From Chloroflexota bacterium (GTDB lineage Bacteria; Chloroflexota; Limnocylindria; Limnocylindrales; CSP1-4): 64,000 nucleotides of DNA. The notes beneath the pieces were generated by a model, which was not told the DNA's origin, did not search any database, and saw only the letters and a list, made by a program, of their open reading frames with translations. The stretch lies in contig VBGT01000026.1 of NCBI GenBank assembly GCA_005889475.1, forward strand, positions 17,544 through 81,543, read 5' to 3'. A program made the translations under genes and the position numbers. This document shows positions 25,893-39,621 of the stretch, in pieces. Every line of letters begins with the position of its first letter. Within the stretch, counting starts at the first letter, position 1.

Positions 25893-27248
25893 TTGACCGA
25901 GACGCGGCAGCTCTCCACGGCGGTCGCCCGCCGCTTCCTCGTCCTCCGCCACCTCCTCGCGCCGCCACGGTCGCTGCCGGCGGAACGCGAGAGTGTCCTC
26001 GCCGTCGTCGATCGACTCGGCTCGCTCCAGTTCGACCCGCTGGAGGTCGCGGGCCGGAACCATGACCTGGTCCTGCTCGCCCGCATCGGGGGTTACCGCC
26101 GGGACTGGACCGACCACTGGCTGTACGAGGACCGGCGCCTCTACGAGACCTACAACAAGAGCCTGTCAATCGTGCCCGTGGCGGAGCTGCCCTGGTATCG
26201 CTACGTCTGGGACCGGATGCAGGCCCGGCACGAGGCCGGCGCCTTCGATGACCACGCCCCGCTCGTCGAGGAGCTGCTGGCTCGAATCCGCGACGGTGGA
26301 TCGCTGCTCCCGCGGGACGTCGGCGCGCGGGAGGCGATCGACTGGTACTGGCGCCCGACCAACCAGGTGCGCGCGATCCTCGAGGCGCTCGCGGAGGTCG
26401 GCACCCTCGGCATCGCTCGCCGCGAGGGCAACCTGCGCGTGTACGACCTCATGGAGCGTCTCCTCCCGCCGGAGGTGCTCGCGGAGCGCCGCCCGAAGGA
26501 GGATCAGCAGGCCCATCGCCTCCTGGCCCGGTATCGGGGCAACGGCCTGCTCGGTGCGTCCGGCAACCAGGAGCTCTGGGTCGGCGGCACCGGCTATGCG
26601 GCGGACCGGGCAGCCGTCCGGGCCAAGTTGATGGACGAAGGCCGGCTCGTCCCGGTCCAGGTGGAGGGCCTGCGAGGCGAGCGCTTCGTCGTTGCGGAAG
26701 ACGCCGGGTACCTCGACGCGGCAGAGCGTGAGATCCGGCAGGCCGCTTCACCTGGTGGCAAAGACCCGGCCGTCGCGTTCCTGGCGCCGCTGGACCCGCT
26801 GTGCTGGGATCGCGACCTGCTGCGCCGGCTGTTCGAGTTCGACTACGTGTGGGAGGTGTATGTCCCGGCCGCGAAGCGACGCTGGGGCTACTACGTCCTG
26901 CCGGTCCTGTACGGCGACCAACTCGTCGGGCGCATCGAGCCGCGGCTGGACCGCCGGGCTGGCACGCTGCGGGTCGCCGGGCTGTGGTGGGAACCTGGCT
27001 TCAACCCGTTGGATGCACCGGGTTTCGTCGCCGCCTTCGCCGATGCGCTGATCGCGCACCGCGACTTCGGCGACCTCACGGCGATCTCGTTCCCGCCGGG
27101 ATCGCGCCACCGCGCCCTCGCGACGGCGGTCCGCGGCGCTCTCGAGGTGCGTGGCTCGAAGCCGAAGCCTGTGGGACGATGTACCCGTCGAAGCGGCGGC
27201 GGCTCGATCGCTCGCAAGCCGACCCGGAAGGAGGCATCCGATGGCTGA
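25893..27248 (+). CDS. ycaQ: YcaQ-family winged-helix DNA glycosylase (interstrand-crosslink repair family)
   Basis: TTG start. The C-terminal block LAPLDPLCWDRDLLRRLFEFDYVWEVYVPAAKRRWGYYVLPVLYGDQLVGRIEP closely parallels E. coli YcaQ (SPFDPVVWDRKRAEQLFDFSYRLECYTPAPKRQYGYFVLPLLHRGQLVGRMD). Confidence 0.85.
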   Translation: MTETRQLSTAVARRFLVLRHLLAPPRSLPAERESVLAVVDRLGSLQFDPLEVAGRNHDLVLLARIGGYRRDWTDHWLYEDRRLYETYNKSLSIVPVAELPWYRYVWDRMQARHEAGAFDDHAPLVEELLARIRDGGSLLPRDVGAREAIDWYWRPTNQVRAILEALAEVGTLGIARREGNLRVYDLMERLLPPEVLAERRPKEDQQAHRLLARYRGNGLLGASGNQELWVGGTGYAADRAAVRAKLMDEGRLVPVQVEGLRGERFVVAEDAGYLDAAEREIRQAASPGGKDPAVAFLAPLDPLCWDRDLLRRLFEFDYVWEVYVPAAKRRWGYYVLPVLYGDQLVGRIEPRLDRRAGTLRVAGLWWEPGFNPLDAPGFVAAFADALIAHRDFGDLTAISFPPGSRHRALATAVRGALEVRGSKPKPVGRCTRRSGGGSIARKPTRKEASDG

Positions 27249-27687
27249 GGTCCGCACCGCGAACGTCATCTGGAGCGGCGACCTGGTCAACGGCTCCGGG
27301 ATCATCACCTACGTCACCAGCGGCGTCTTCTCGCGCCTGCCCATCAGCTGGGCCTCGAGAACCTCCGCCCACGACGGCAAGACGAGCCCCGAGGAGCTGC
27401 TCGCCGCGGCCCACGCCTCGTGCTTCTCGATGGCCTTCTCGGCCAGGCTCGCCAAGAACGACACGCCGGCGACGACCCTCGACGTCCGCGCCGAGGTCAC
27501 CTTCGAGCAGCTCGAGAGCGGCTGGAAGGTCGCAGCCTCGAAGCTGATCGTGAAGGGCACGGTCCCGGGCATCGACAAGGCGACGTTCGATCGCCTGGCC
27601 GAGGATGCCAAGGAGAACTGCCCCATCTCCGGCGCCCTGCGCGGCAACGTCCAGCTCTCGGTCGAGCCGACGCTCGTCGAAGCCTGA
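27241..27687 (+). CDS. osmC: OsmC-family peroxiredoxin
   Basis: ATG at 27241, overlapping the ycaQ stop. The conserved Cys motifs are AAHASCFSMA and ENCPIS. Confidence 0.85.
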   Translation: MAEVRTANVIWSGDLVNGSGIITYVTSGVFSRLPISWASRTSAHDGKTSPEELLAAAHASCFSMAFSARLAKNDTPATTLDVRAEVTFEQLESGWKVAASKLIVKGTVPGIDKATFDRLAEDAKENCPISGALRGNVQLSVEPTLVEA

Positions 27688-27691
27688 TCGC

Positions 27692-30055
27692 GTGTTCACC
27701 CGCTGGGGTGGCTTCGTCTATCGCCGCCGGCGCTGGCTGGCGCTCTTCGCGATCGTCGTGGCCGCGGCATTCGGGTCGCTCGCCGGGGGCGCGACCGACC
27801 ACCTGACCACCGGCGGCTGGCTCGATCCGAAGTCCGAATCCGCCCAGGTGTCCGACCGCCTCGAGCGGGACTACGGCGCGGGCCGGACCGCCTTCATCGC
27901 CCTCTTCGAATCGACCGACCGGAACGCCGACGCGACGGCCGCCGGCTTCCAGGCCGCGGTCGCCGCGGCTCTCGAACCCGTACTCCAGGTCGAGGGCGTC
28001 ACCGGCGCCACCGGCTACGCCCAGACGCACGATCCGCGGTTCATCAGCGTCAAGGGCGACAAGGCATACGTGCTGATCGGGCTCGACGTCGACGAGGATC
28101 GCTCCATCGACCTCGTGACCCCGGTCAAGGATGCCCTCCGGACGGCGACGCCTACCGGCTTCGACGTCAAGCTCACCGGCTTCGGCCCGATCCAGCAGGA
28201 CTCGGCGCGCCTGTCCGAGGAGGACCTGACCCGCGCCGAGACGGTGTCGCTGCCGATCGCGGCGCTGGTGCTCATCCTCGTGTTCAGCTCGCTGATCGCT
28301 GCCGGCATGCCGCTGCTCGTCGCCGGCCTCGCCATCCCGACCTCGCTGGGAGTGATCAGCCTTGTCGCCCAGCAGACGGAGATGAGCATCTACGTCCTGA
28401 ACATCGCCACGATGCTTGGCCTGGCGCTGGCGATCGACTACTCGCTGTTCCTCACCAGCCGGTTCCGCGAGGAGCTGGCGCGCGGCCGGACCGTCGAGCA
28501 GGCGGTGGAACGGGCGGTCGGGACGGCGGGGAAAGCGGTCCTGTTCTCCGGCGTGGCGGTCGCGATCGGCCTGTCCGGCCTGCTCTGGTTCCAGGCGAGC
28601 GGCCTGAGCTCGATCGGGCTCGGCGGCGCGATCGTCGTCCTCGCCTCGGTCTTCTACAGCCTGACCTTCCTGCCGGCGATCCTGGGCATGCTCGGGCCGC
28701 GGGTGAACGCCCTGTCGGTTGCCGGGCTCCTGCGCCGGCTCGGGCTGCGGCGCGAGCGCGCGGGCGAGATTCGCCGGTCCCGCTGGGAGCAGGTCGCGCA
28801 CGGCGTGATGCGCCGCCCAATCGCGGTGCTCGTGCCGGTGCTCGCCTTCCTGCTGCTGGTCGGCTCGCCGTACCTGCGCCTCCAGCAGGGCGTGCCCGAC
28901 GCGACGGTCTACCCCGCCGGCGTCCCGAGCCGCGACGCGTGGGTCGCGCTCCAGACCGAGTTCCGCGCCGGCGAGACGACGCCGATCGTCATCCTGCTGG
29001 ACACGAAGGACGGCCCGACGACCGAGGCGACGATCCTGGCCGTGAGCGCGATCGCCAACCGTCTCGCGGAGATCGACGGAATCGATCGCGTGGAGGGGCC
29101 GTTCTCGCTGATGAACCGCGAGGCCGGAGCGCCGTTCGACGCGGCGGCGGTCGCGCAGCTCTACAACCAGCCCGGTCCGCTGCCGCCGGACCTCGCCGCC
29201 GGAATCGCCCGGTTGAAGGACGCGTACATTCGCGGCAACACCGTGCGGCTCGATGCCATCAGCCCGTACAAATCGTCCGAGCCGGCGGGCACCGCGCTGA
29301 TCTCGCGCGTGCGCGCGGTCCAGCTCGATCCCGCAATCACCCGGATGCAGGTCGGTGGCGCCGCGGCCGTCGGCGAGGACTTCCTGATCGCCCAGTCGCA
29401 GCGCATCCCGTGGGCGGTGGGCACGACCCTGCTCGCCTCGGCGGTGATCCTGTTCCTGCTGTTCGGCTCGCTCGCGATCCCGCTCAAGGCCGTCGTGATG
29501 ACGCTCCTGTCCCTCACCGCCAGCTTCGGCGCCCTCGTCTGGATCTTCCAGGAGGGCAACCTGCACGAGCTGCTCCGGTTCGAGCCGCTCGGGTACACGA
29601 TCGCCGGCAACCCGATCATCATGTTCGCGGTCCTGATCGGCCTATCGATGGACTATGAGGTCCTCCTCCTGTCGCGCATCCAGGAGTCGTACCGGCGGAC
29701 GGGCGACAACGCGACCGCGGTCGCCGAGGGACTCTCGCGGACGGCCGGGGTGATCACGGGCGCGGCCCTGATCATGGTCACGGTCTTCGCCGCCTTCGCC
29801 CTCGCCGACACGATCACGATCAAGAGCATCGGCGTGGGCATGGCGCTCGCCGTGGCGCTCGACGCGACCATCGTCCGCGTCCTGCTCGTGCCCGCCACGA
29901 TGCGCCTGCTCGGTCGATGGAACTGGTGGGCGCCCGGCCCGCTCGGCCGGCTGGCGGAGCGGTTCGGCTTCAGCCACGTCGAGGACGAGGAGGATCTCGC
30001 CGCCGCGTCGGGGGACGGCCACGAGCCAGGCGAGCCCGCGGCGGCCCCCGCCTGA
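27692..30055 (+). CDS. MMPL-family (RND-related) membrane transporter
   Basis: GTG at 27692. There are two 6-TM bundles, each preceded by a soluble loop, with typical MMPL motifs (GLALAIDYSLFLTSRFREE, GLSMDYEVLLLSRIQE). Confidence 0.85.
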   Translation: MFTRWGGFVYRRRRWLALFAIVVAAAFGSLAGGATDHLTTGGWLDPKSESAQVSDRLERDYGAGRTAFIALFESTDRNADATAAGFQAAVAAALEPVLQVEGVTGATGYAQTHDPRFISVKGDKAYVLIGLDVDEDRSIDLVTPVKDALRTATPTGFDVKLTGFGPIQQDSARLSEEDLTRAETVSLPIAALVLILVFSSLIAAGMPLLVAGLAIPTSLGVISLVAQQTEMSIYVLNIATMLGLALAIDYSLFLTSRFREELARGRTVEQAVERAVGTAGKAVLFSGVAVAIGLSGLLWFQASGLSSIGLGGAIVVLASVFYSLTFLPAILGMLGPRVNALSVAGLLRRLGLRRERAGEIRRSRWEQVAHGVMRRPIAVLVPVLAFLLLVGSPYLRLQQGVPDATVYPAGVPSRDAWVALQTEFRAGETTPIVILLDTKDGPTTEATILAVSAIANRLAEIDGIDRVEGPFSLMNREAGAPFDAAAVAQLYNQPGPLPPDLAAGIARLKDAYIRGNTVRLDAISPYKSSEPAGTALISRVRAVQLDPAITRMQVGGAAAVGEDFLIAQSQRIPWAVGTTLLASAVILFLLFGSLAIPLKAVVMTLLSLTASFGALVWIFQEGNLHELLRFEPLGYTIAGNPIIMFAVLIGLSMDYEVLLLSRIQESYRRTGDNATAVAEGLSRTAGVITGAALIMVTVFAAFALADTITIKSIGVGMALAVALDATIVRVLLVPATMRLLGRWNWWAPGPLGRLAERFGFSHVEDEEDLAAASGDGHEPGEPAAAPA

Positions 30056-30365
30056 TCGCCAGCGGCGCCCGTGCTTGGGCGAGCACGCTCGCCGCCGGGA
30101 GATTCCCGGATGCTCCCCGGGGTAGCACTGGAGACGACCCAACCGTCGCCGTGCCCGGCGAGGTCCGTTCACGGAACCGAATTCCTCTCGGACGCTACCG
30201 GCGGTGTCGTCCGGCACAAAGACGTGGGGCCGGTGACCCTCGAGGGCCGGTTCACCTCGCCGAACGCTACCCAGGGTGTCATTCGGGCAATTTCGCGGAT
30301 GACACTCGCAACCCCACGCGCCGTTGTCGCACACTGCCGTTTCGAACCGTGGAGGGAGAACGCTC

Positions 30366-30941
30366 ATGGATACGCCCGATCGCGAGCCGGAACCGCTGCG
30401 GACCACGCAACCCGGCGACGCGCCGCCGCCTGCTGCCGAGGCCGGCGGGATGCGCGCCTACACCTGGGAATGGGGCCGGGAGGACGATCGGCGCCCTCGG
30501 TTGCCGTGGATCGGCATCTTCCTGCTGGTCTACGGCGCGCTGCTCCTCGTCGAGCGGCTGGTGCCGCAGTACCTCACCCAGGCCAATCTCCTGGTCCTCG
30601 CGGCGGGCCTCGCGTTCCTGATCCTGTGGCTCCTCCGGCGCGGGACCTTCTCGCTCTACGCCGGCGCGTTCCTCACCGCGTCGGCCGTCCCCGGCCTCAT
30701 CAAAAGCCTCGGCTACACAGCGGGCACCGGCGTCGGGACGCTGGCCTACGGCGTCGCGTTCCTGTTCATCGCCCTCGTCCGCGCCTCGCGGGGCGGCGGC
30801 ATCGGCTGGCAGGCCGTGATCGGCATCATCCTCGTGGCGCTAGGCGGCTCCGAGCTCGCGCTCCCCGACGCGGCGTCGCTGGTGCTGCCAATCCTGCTGG
30901 TCGCCTTCGGCCTCGTGCTCCTAACTCGCCAGCGGAGCTGA
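30366..30941 (+). CDS. small polytopic membrane protein, function unknown
   Basis: The SD GGAGGGAG lies 7 nt before the ATG at 30366. The protein has 4-5 TM segments after an acidic/Pro-rich N-terminus. Confidence 0.6.
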   Translation: MDTPDREPEPLRTTQPGDAPPPAAEAGGMRAYTWEWGREDDRRPRLPWIGIFLLVYGALLLVERLVPQYLTQANLLVLAAGLAFLILWLLRRGTFSLYAGAFLTASAVPGLIKSLGYTAGTGVGTLAYGVAFLFIALVRASRGGGIGWQAVIGIILVALGGSELALPDAASLVLPILLVAFGLVLLTRQRS

Positions 30942-30977
30942 GCCTCAGGGCAGCCCCGTCCGGGGGCTCGCCGAGCG

Positions 30978-32318
30978 CTAGGTCGAGGCGAGCACGGCCT
31001 CGGTGACCTGCTCGATCGCCGCAGTCAGTCGATCGGCGATGGCGACGAGCTCGTCGTCGGTGACCACGAATGGCGGCCCGAGCACGATTGCGTCGCCGTT
31101 CGTCCCGTCGGCGAGACCTGTCCCCGAGTAGAGCAGCACCCCCGCCTCGCGACCCGCCTGCAACACGCGCTCCGCGACCCGCTCCGAGCGCGGAAACGGC
31201 GCTCGCGTCTCGCGATCTGCCACGAGCTCAACCCCGAGCAGCAGGCCCCGGCCGCGGATCTCGCCGACGTTCGGATGCCCGCCGAGGCCGGCCTCGAGCA
31301 AACCCTTGAGCCGTTCGCCCTTCGCGGCACTCGCCTCGACCAGGGCTTCCTCCTCGAGGATTCGCAGCACCTCGCCAGCCACCGCCGAGCCGACGACGTG
31401 GTGCGAGTAGGTGAAGCCGTGGACGAACCCGCCGCCATCGAGCACCGTGTCACGGATCGCCCCTGCTGCCGCGACGAGCCCGAACGGGAAGTAGCCGGAG
31501 GTCGCACCCTTCGCCCCGACCAGGATGTCCGGGCGGATCACCCAATGGTCCATCCCGAACCAGCGGCCGGTGCGCCCGAAGCCGGTCATGACCTCGTCGG
31601 CGATGAGCAGCACGCCGTGCCGGCGACACACCTCGGCGATCGCCGGCCAGTAGCCGTCGGGCGGCTCGGCGGCGGCGAGCGTCGCGCCCACGATCGGCTC
31701 GGCCACGAAGGCAGCGACGGTGCCGGGACCAGCGGCCTCGATCGCGCGATCCAGCTCGTCCGCCAGCTCGACGGAATCGCCGAGCGCGTTGGCGCCGGGC
31801 TCCCCGGCGCGATACGGGTACGCGGCCGAGACGTGCCGGAACCGCCCGAGCCATGCCTCGTACGGCCGGCGCAGCGGCTTGCGACCCGACAGGTCCAGCG
31901 CGCCCAGCGTGTTGCCGTGGTAGCTCCCCCAGCGAGCGATGACGATCCAGCGCTCAGGGTCGCCACGTGCGACGTGGTAGGCGCGGGCCAGCTTGAGCGC
32001 CGATTCCATCGCCTCGGAGCCGCCTGCGACCGGGTAGATCGCCGGGTCCTCGAGGAGGAGGTGCGGCGCGAGCGCCGCCGCGTATCGCTCCAGCGGCTCG
32101 CTCGTGAACGCCGTCCCGTGGGCATACGCGATGCGTCCGGCCTGGTCGGCCATCGCCTGGGCCACGGTCGCCCGCCCGTGCCCGATCCCAACCACGACCG
32201 CGCCCCCGGCGGCGTCGAGATACGCCCGCCCGTCGGCGTCCCAGATCGTCGTGCCCTCGGCGCGGACGGCCACGGGCAGCGCGGGATCCGTCGAGCGGCG
32301 GAAGACGTGGCTGGCCAC
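30978..32318 (-). CDS. class III (omega-type) PLP aminotransferase
   Basis: Motifs GGSEAMESALKLAR, DEVMTGFGRTG and AKGATSGY. Confidence 0.85.
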   Translation of the reverse strand: MASHVFRRSTDPALPVAVRAEGTTIWDADGRAYLDAAGGAVVVGIGHGRATVAQAMADQAGRIAYAHGTAFTSEPLERYAAALAPHLLLEDPAIYPVAGGSEAMESALKLARAYHVARGDPERWIVIARWGSYHGNTLGALDLSGRKPLRRPYEAWLGRFRHVSAAYPYRAGEPGANALGDSVELADELDRAIEAAGPGTVAAFVAEPIVGATLAAAEPPDGYWPAIAEVCRRHGVLLIADEVMTGFGRTGRWFGMDHWVIRPDILVGAKGATSGYFPFGLVAAAGAIRDTVLDGGGFVHGFTYSHHVVGSAVAGEVLRILEEEALVEASAAKGERLKGLLEAGLGGHPNVGEIRGRGLLLGVELVADRETRAPFPRSERVAERVLQAGREAGVLLYSGTGLADGTNGDAIVLGPPFVVTDDELVAIADRLTAAIEQVTEAVLAST

Positions 32319-32370
32319 GGCGCGAACAAGCGTACGGGGTTCGCCCGGCCTCGAGCAGAAAGGCGCGCTG

Positions 32371-32775
32371 CTATCCGGCGCCCACCATCCGCTCGAGCAA
32401 CAGGAAACCGGCGTCGCTCCCGACCCAGCGGGCTCGGAGCGCCTCGAGGCCGAGCCGGCGGCGGACGAAGCGCAGCACGATCACCGCGACCACGACGTCG
32501 TCGAGCGGCCCGAGGACGGGGATGAAGTCGGGGATGAGGTCGATCGGGCTCACCAGCCAGACGAGGAGAAAGACGAGCGCCGCACGCACCGCCAAGGGGA
32601 CAGCTCGATCCCCGACGAGCGAACGGACGAGCCGAACCAGATCGGGCACGAACGCGACCAGCTCCGACAACGCCACGTCGCGGGGCCGAAAGACCCACAG
32701 ACCGGCGACGAGAACGGCCCACGCGGCAAGCAGGCCGAGCACGATGCGCAGCAGGAGGTCCGCATCCACTGACAT
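32371..32775 (-). CDS. DUF1232 (YkvA-like) membrane protein
   Basis: The signature SPIDLIPDFIPVLGPLDD sits between hydrophobic segments. Confidence 0.75.
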   Translation of the reverse strand: MSVDADLLLRIVLGLLAAWAVLVAGLWVFRPRDVALSELVAFVPDLVRLVRSLVGDRAVPLAVRAALVFLLVWLVSPIDLIPDFIPVLGPLDDVVVAVIVLRFVRRRLGLEALRARWVGSDAGFLLLERMVGAG

Positions 32776-32805
32776 CGAGTATGGGTTGCCCTCGGGGACC
32801 GGAGG

Positions 32806-33588
32806 TCAGCCCGTGTAGGCGCCCCCGGCGTCGAGCTCCTCGCGGATCAGTCGCAGCTCGTCGGCGGTCGGTGCCGGTGTCTCCTGGATCGCCTCCGCCA
32901 GGCCCGGCTCCCAGCCGGTCGCCCCGCGCACGTCCTCGAGCGTCACGCCCGGGTGCAGCGAGTCGAGACGCATCTCGCCGCCTTCGTCGAAGTGCCAGAT
33001 GCCGAGGTCGGTCACGACGAGCGACGGCCCTCGACCGAGCCAGCCCTGCTCCCGCCGGATGCGTTCGGCATCCTCCGCGCCGCCGAGGTTGCCCGCCGAG
33101 GTCCGGAAGTCGATGCGCTCGACGAACGAGCGCGTCGACTGGCGCATGATCACGAACACCTGGCGGGCGTTGATCGCGATCTCGCACGCGCCGCCACTGC
33201 CCGGCAGCCGCGTGGCCGGGGCGTCGTAGTCCCCGATCACCGTGGTGTTGATGTTCCCGAACCGGTCGATCTGCGCCGCGCCGAGGAAGCCGACGTCGAT
33301 GAGCCCGCCCTGCAGGTAGAAGCTGAACAGCTCGTACATGCTCACGACCGACGTCGCGCCGGTCACGATGGTCGGGTCGCCGATGCTCAGCGGCAGGCGC
33401 GCCGGCCGCGCGCCGAAGACGCCCGCCTCGTAGACCAGCTCGAGCTCGGGCGCGACCGTCCGTTTCGCCAGGTTGACCGCGATGTTCGGCAGCCCGACCC
33501 CGACGAAGCAGACGTGCTGGCCGGCCAGCTCGCGCGCCGCGGCCACGATCATCATCTCGGACTTGGAGAAGGCGGCGGCCCCGCTCAT
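32806..33588 (-). CDS. CoA-transferase subunit B (glutaconate / 3-oxoacid CoA-transferase family)
   Basis: The ATG at 33588 overlaps the subunit A stop (ATGA). Motifs are GVGLPN, AAQIDRFGNIN and GSGGA. Confidence 0.85.
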   Translation of the reverse strand: MSGAAAFSKSEMMIVAAARELAGQHVCFVGVGLPNIAVNLAKRTVAPELELVYEAGVFGARPARLPLSIGDPTIVTGATSVVSMYELFSFYLQGGLIDVGFLGAAQIDRFGNINTTVIGDYDAPATRLPGSGGACEIAINARQVFVIMRQSTRSFVERIDFRTSAGNLGGAEDAERIRREQGWLGRGPSLVVTDLGIWHFDEGGEMRLDSLHPGVTLEDVRGATGWEPGLAEAIQETPAPTADELRLIREELDAGGAYTG

Positions 33589-34532
33589 TCGTAGCGTCCG
33601 TAGTCGACCGAGCCGGACGGCGCCGTCCCGGGCCGCAGCGACGTGACCCGCTCGACACCGAGCTTGTCCACGTAGGCGGCGCGGCCGTCGAGGTCGTAGA
33701 CCCACTCCCGCAGCCAGCGCTGGAGCGCGTTCTCGTCCTTCGTGATCCCGTCCCACTCGAGGTAGAAGCGGTTGTCGCGGTCGTACGCACCCTGCACGTA
33801 CGACGGGTGCGCCCCGAACGGCTCGACCACCACCGCGTCGACGATCAGGCCCGGAACGATCGTCCGGTTCGGGTCGGCCCGCACGACTGCTTCGTCGACG
33901 AGCTCCTCGACGACGACGATCACGCGATCCGCGGCGAAGGCGGCCTCCTTCTGGCAGCCGAGCAGGCCCCACACCTGGGTGTTGCCCGCCGCGTCGGCGC
34001 GCTGGGCGTGCACGATCGTGACGTCGGGCTTGAGTGGCGGCACCGCGTAGACGACCCCGTCGCCGTACGGCGAGGCGACCTCCCGGATCAACGGATTTGC
34101 CTTGGGCAGGTCGGTCTCGAAGTAGCTCCGGAGCGGATAGAACGGCAGGTTCGCGGCGCCGGCGGTGTACCGCCCGACCATCCCGAAGTGGCTGTACTCC
34201 TCGAGCTCGAGCCGCGGGAGCAGACCATCCCGCCCGCCGGGGGCGCTCGTCGCCGTCTCCGTCCGCCGCCGGATCGCGCCGAGGCCGCCCACGCCCGGAT
34301 TCCCGAGCCACGAGAAGATCAGCTTGCGAGCGACCCCGGCCGCGATCATCTGGTCATAGATCAGGTCGGGCGTGAGCCGGGCGAGGGTCAGGTCGCGCCG
34401 GCCCTGGCGGATGATCTCGTGACCCGCGGCGAAACCGATCAGGTGGGTGAAGCCCTCGATCGCCACGGAGTCGCCGTCGCGGACGAGCGTCGCGATGGCA
34501 TCGTGCATCGACGCGACCTTGCTGCTGCTCAC
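33585..34532 (-). CDS. CoA-transferase subunit A
   Basis: 315 aa with the typical subunit A layout (DGDSVAIEGF ... VTIVHAQRADAAGN). It is coupled to subunit B. Confidence 0.85.
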   Translation of the reverse strand: MSSSKVASMHDAIATLVRDGDSVAIEGFTHLIGFAAGHEIIRQGRRDLTLARLTPDLIYDQMIAAGVARKLIFSWLGNPGVGGLGAIRRRTETATSAPGGRDGLLPRLELEEYSHFGMVGRYTAGAANLPFYPLRSYFETDLPKANPLIREVASPYGDGVVYAVPPLKPDVTIVHAQRADAAGNTQVWGLLGCQKEAAFAADRVIVVVEELVDEAVVRADPNRTIVPGLIVDAVVVEPFGAHPSYVQGAYDRDNRFYLEWDGITKDENALQRWLREWVYDLDGRAAYVDKLGVERVTSLRPGTAPSGSVDYGRYE

Positions 34533-34728
34533 CCGCGCAGTATCGCCAATGGGCAGGGCACGCTGTCCGGCTTGGCCGGGTGTTGCCTTCCGGCAACGTT
34601 AGTACTGCAGCCGCAACGTGAGGGTCGAGATTGCAATGGGCGCTGCATTCGGTCCGCCCTGCCCCGTGTCTAGAGTTCCACACGACCGGGTCAACCTGCC
34701 CATGGCTGCCCTCGATCAGGAACGAAGC

Positions 34729-38589
<3,861 letters not shown>

Positions 38590-38625
38590 CCCGGCGCTTT
38601 TGGCCGCAGTCGCCAGGTCGCCCGC

Positions 38626-39621
38626 TCAGCCGAAGAGCTCCGCGCCCGCCTTCTGCAGCGCAGCCGTGCCGCGCACGTCGGAGTCGTAGAGCTGCACGAT
38701 GGCCCGGACCTGACCCGGAAAGCGCTCGCGAATCTCGTCCAGGTAGCCATGCTGCATGTCAACGCGGTTGCGCACGAACTCGCCGCCGGTCTTGGCATCG
38801 GCTGCCGAAATTACCTCGTTGATGATGACCCCGCCCACCGGGATGCCGAAGTCGGTGAACCAGTCGATGAACCGGCTGATGACGGCGATCGGGAGAGCCT
38901 CGGGCAGCGTGACGAAGAAGAACGCCGTCTTCTCGGGATCGGTCAGCAGCTCACGCGCGTGGGCGATCCGGCCCCGGAAGTCGACGAGGTATTGCATCAG
39001 TGGGTCCTCTTCCTTCTTCTTGGTGAAGGACAGGGCCTCCCGTAGCGACTGCGCCTCCTCGCGCGACTTGAGCATCTTCTCGACCCACAGGCCGTAGACC
39101 TTGGACATCCCGAGCAGTCGCCGGGCGTTGGCCGTCGGGGCGGTGTCGAAGACATAGACCTCGTACTCGTCCTTGAACATGAGGTCGACCATGTTCTCGA
39201 ACATGGCCGACTCCTCGAAGGCGGGGTTCATCGTCGCCGCCTCGACGAACTCGTCGGCCTTGGTCGAGATCTCCGCGAACTTCAGGAACCATTGAATCTT
39301 CTCGCGGATTTCGCGCTTCGAGCGCTCGATCGCCTCGCGGGTGTCGATCTCGAAGGCCGTGAGGTTGTCGACGTCGGCGATCCTCGTGGGCTTGCCGAAG
39401 CAGTCCGTGCCGAGGCAGCTCGTGAGGCTGTGCACCGGGTTCGTCGAGGCCAGGAGCGTGCGCCTGCCGGACTTCGCGAGCTGATGAGCAGTCGCCGCGG
39501 CCATGACGGTCTTACCGACGCCGCCCTTGCCGCCGAAGAAGACGTAGCGCAGGCCGGGATGCTCGGCGAGGTAGCCGGCCATCGACGTAGAGATCAGGGG
39601 CTCGGCGGAAGCGGTCGTCAT
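38626..39621 (-). CDS. ArsA/Get3-family P-loop ATPase (paralogue B)
   Basis: The deviant Walker A is FGGKGGVGKT. Other motifs are STNPVHSL and DTAPTANARRLL. The ATG overlaps the stop of the upstream paralogue (ATGA at 39618-39621). Confidence 0.85.
   Translation of the reverse strand: MTTASAEPLISTSMAGYLAEHPGLRYVFFGGKGGVGKTVMAAATAHQLAKSGRRTLLASTNPVHSLTSCLGTDCFGKPTRIADVDNLTAFEIDTREAIERSKREIREKIQWFLKFAEISTKADEFVEAATMNPAFEESAMFENMVDLMFKDEYEVYVFDTAPTANARRLLGMSKVYGLWVEKMLKSREEAQSLREALSFTKKKEEDPLMQYLVDFRGRIAHARELLTDPEKTAFFFVTLPEALPIAVISRFIDWFTDFGIPVGGVIINEVISAADAKTGGEFVRNRVDMQHGYLDEIRERFPGQVRAIVQLYDSDVRGTAALQKAGAELFG

Noticed and set aside
24165-26117. The full-length 650-aa ORF for the C-methyltransferase, and similar long N-terminal extensions (8492-10243, 15600-17645, 23353-24285, 32806-34311, 40981-41847, 49218-50207).
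   Set aside because: The extensions are Arg-rich and motif-free, and they overlap upstream genes. Internal starts reproduce canonical family N-termini such as MKVVLFCGG and MSGAAAF, and often create ATGA/GTGA coupling with the neighbouring gene.
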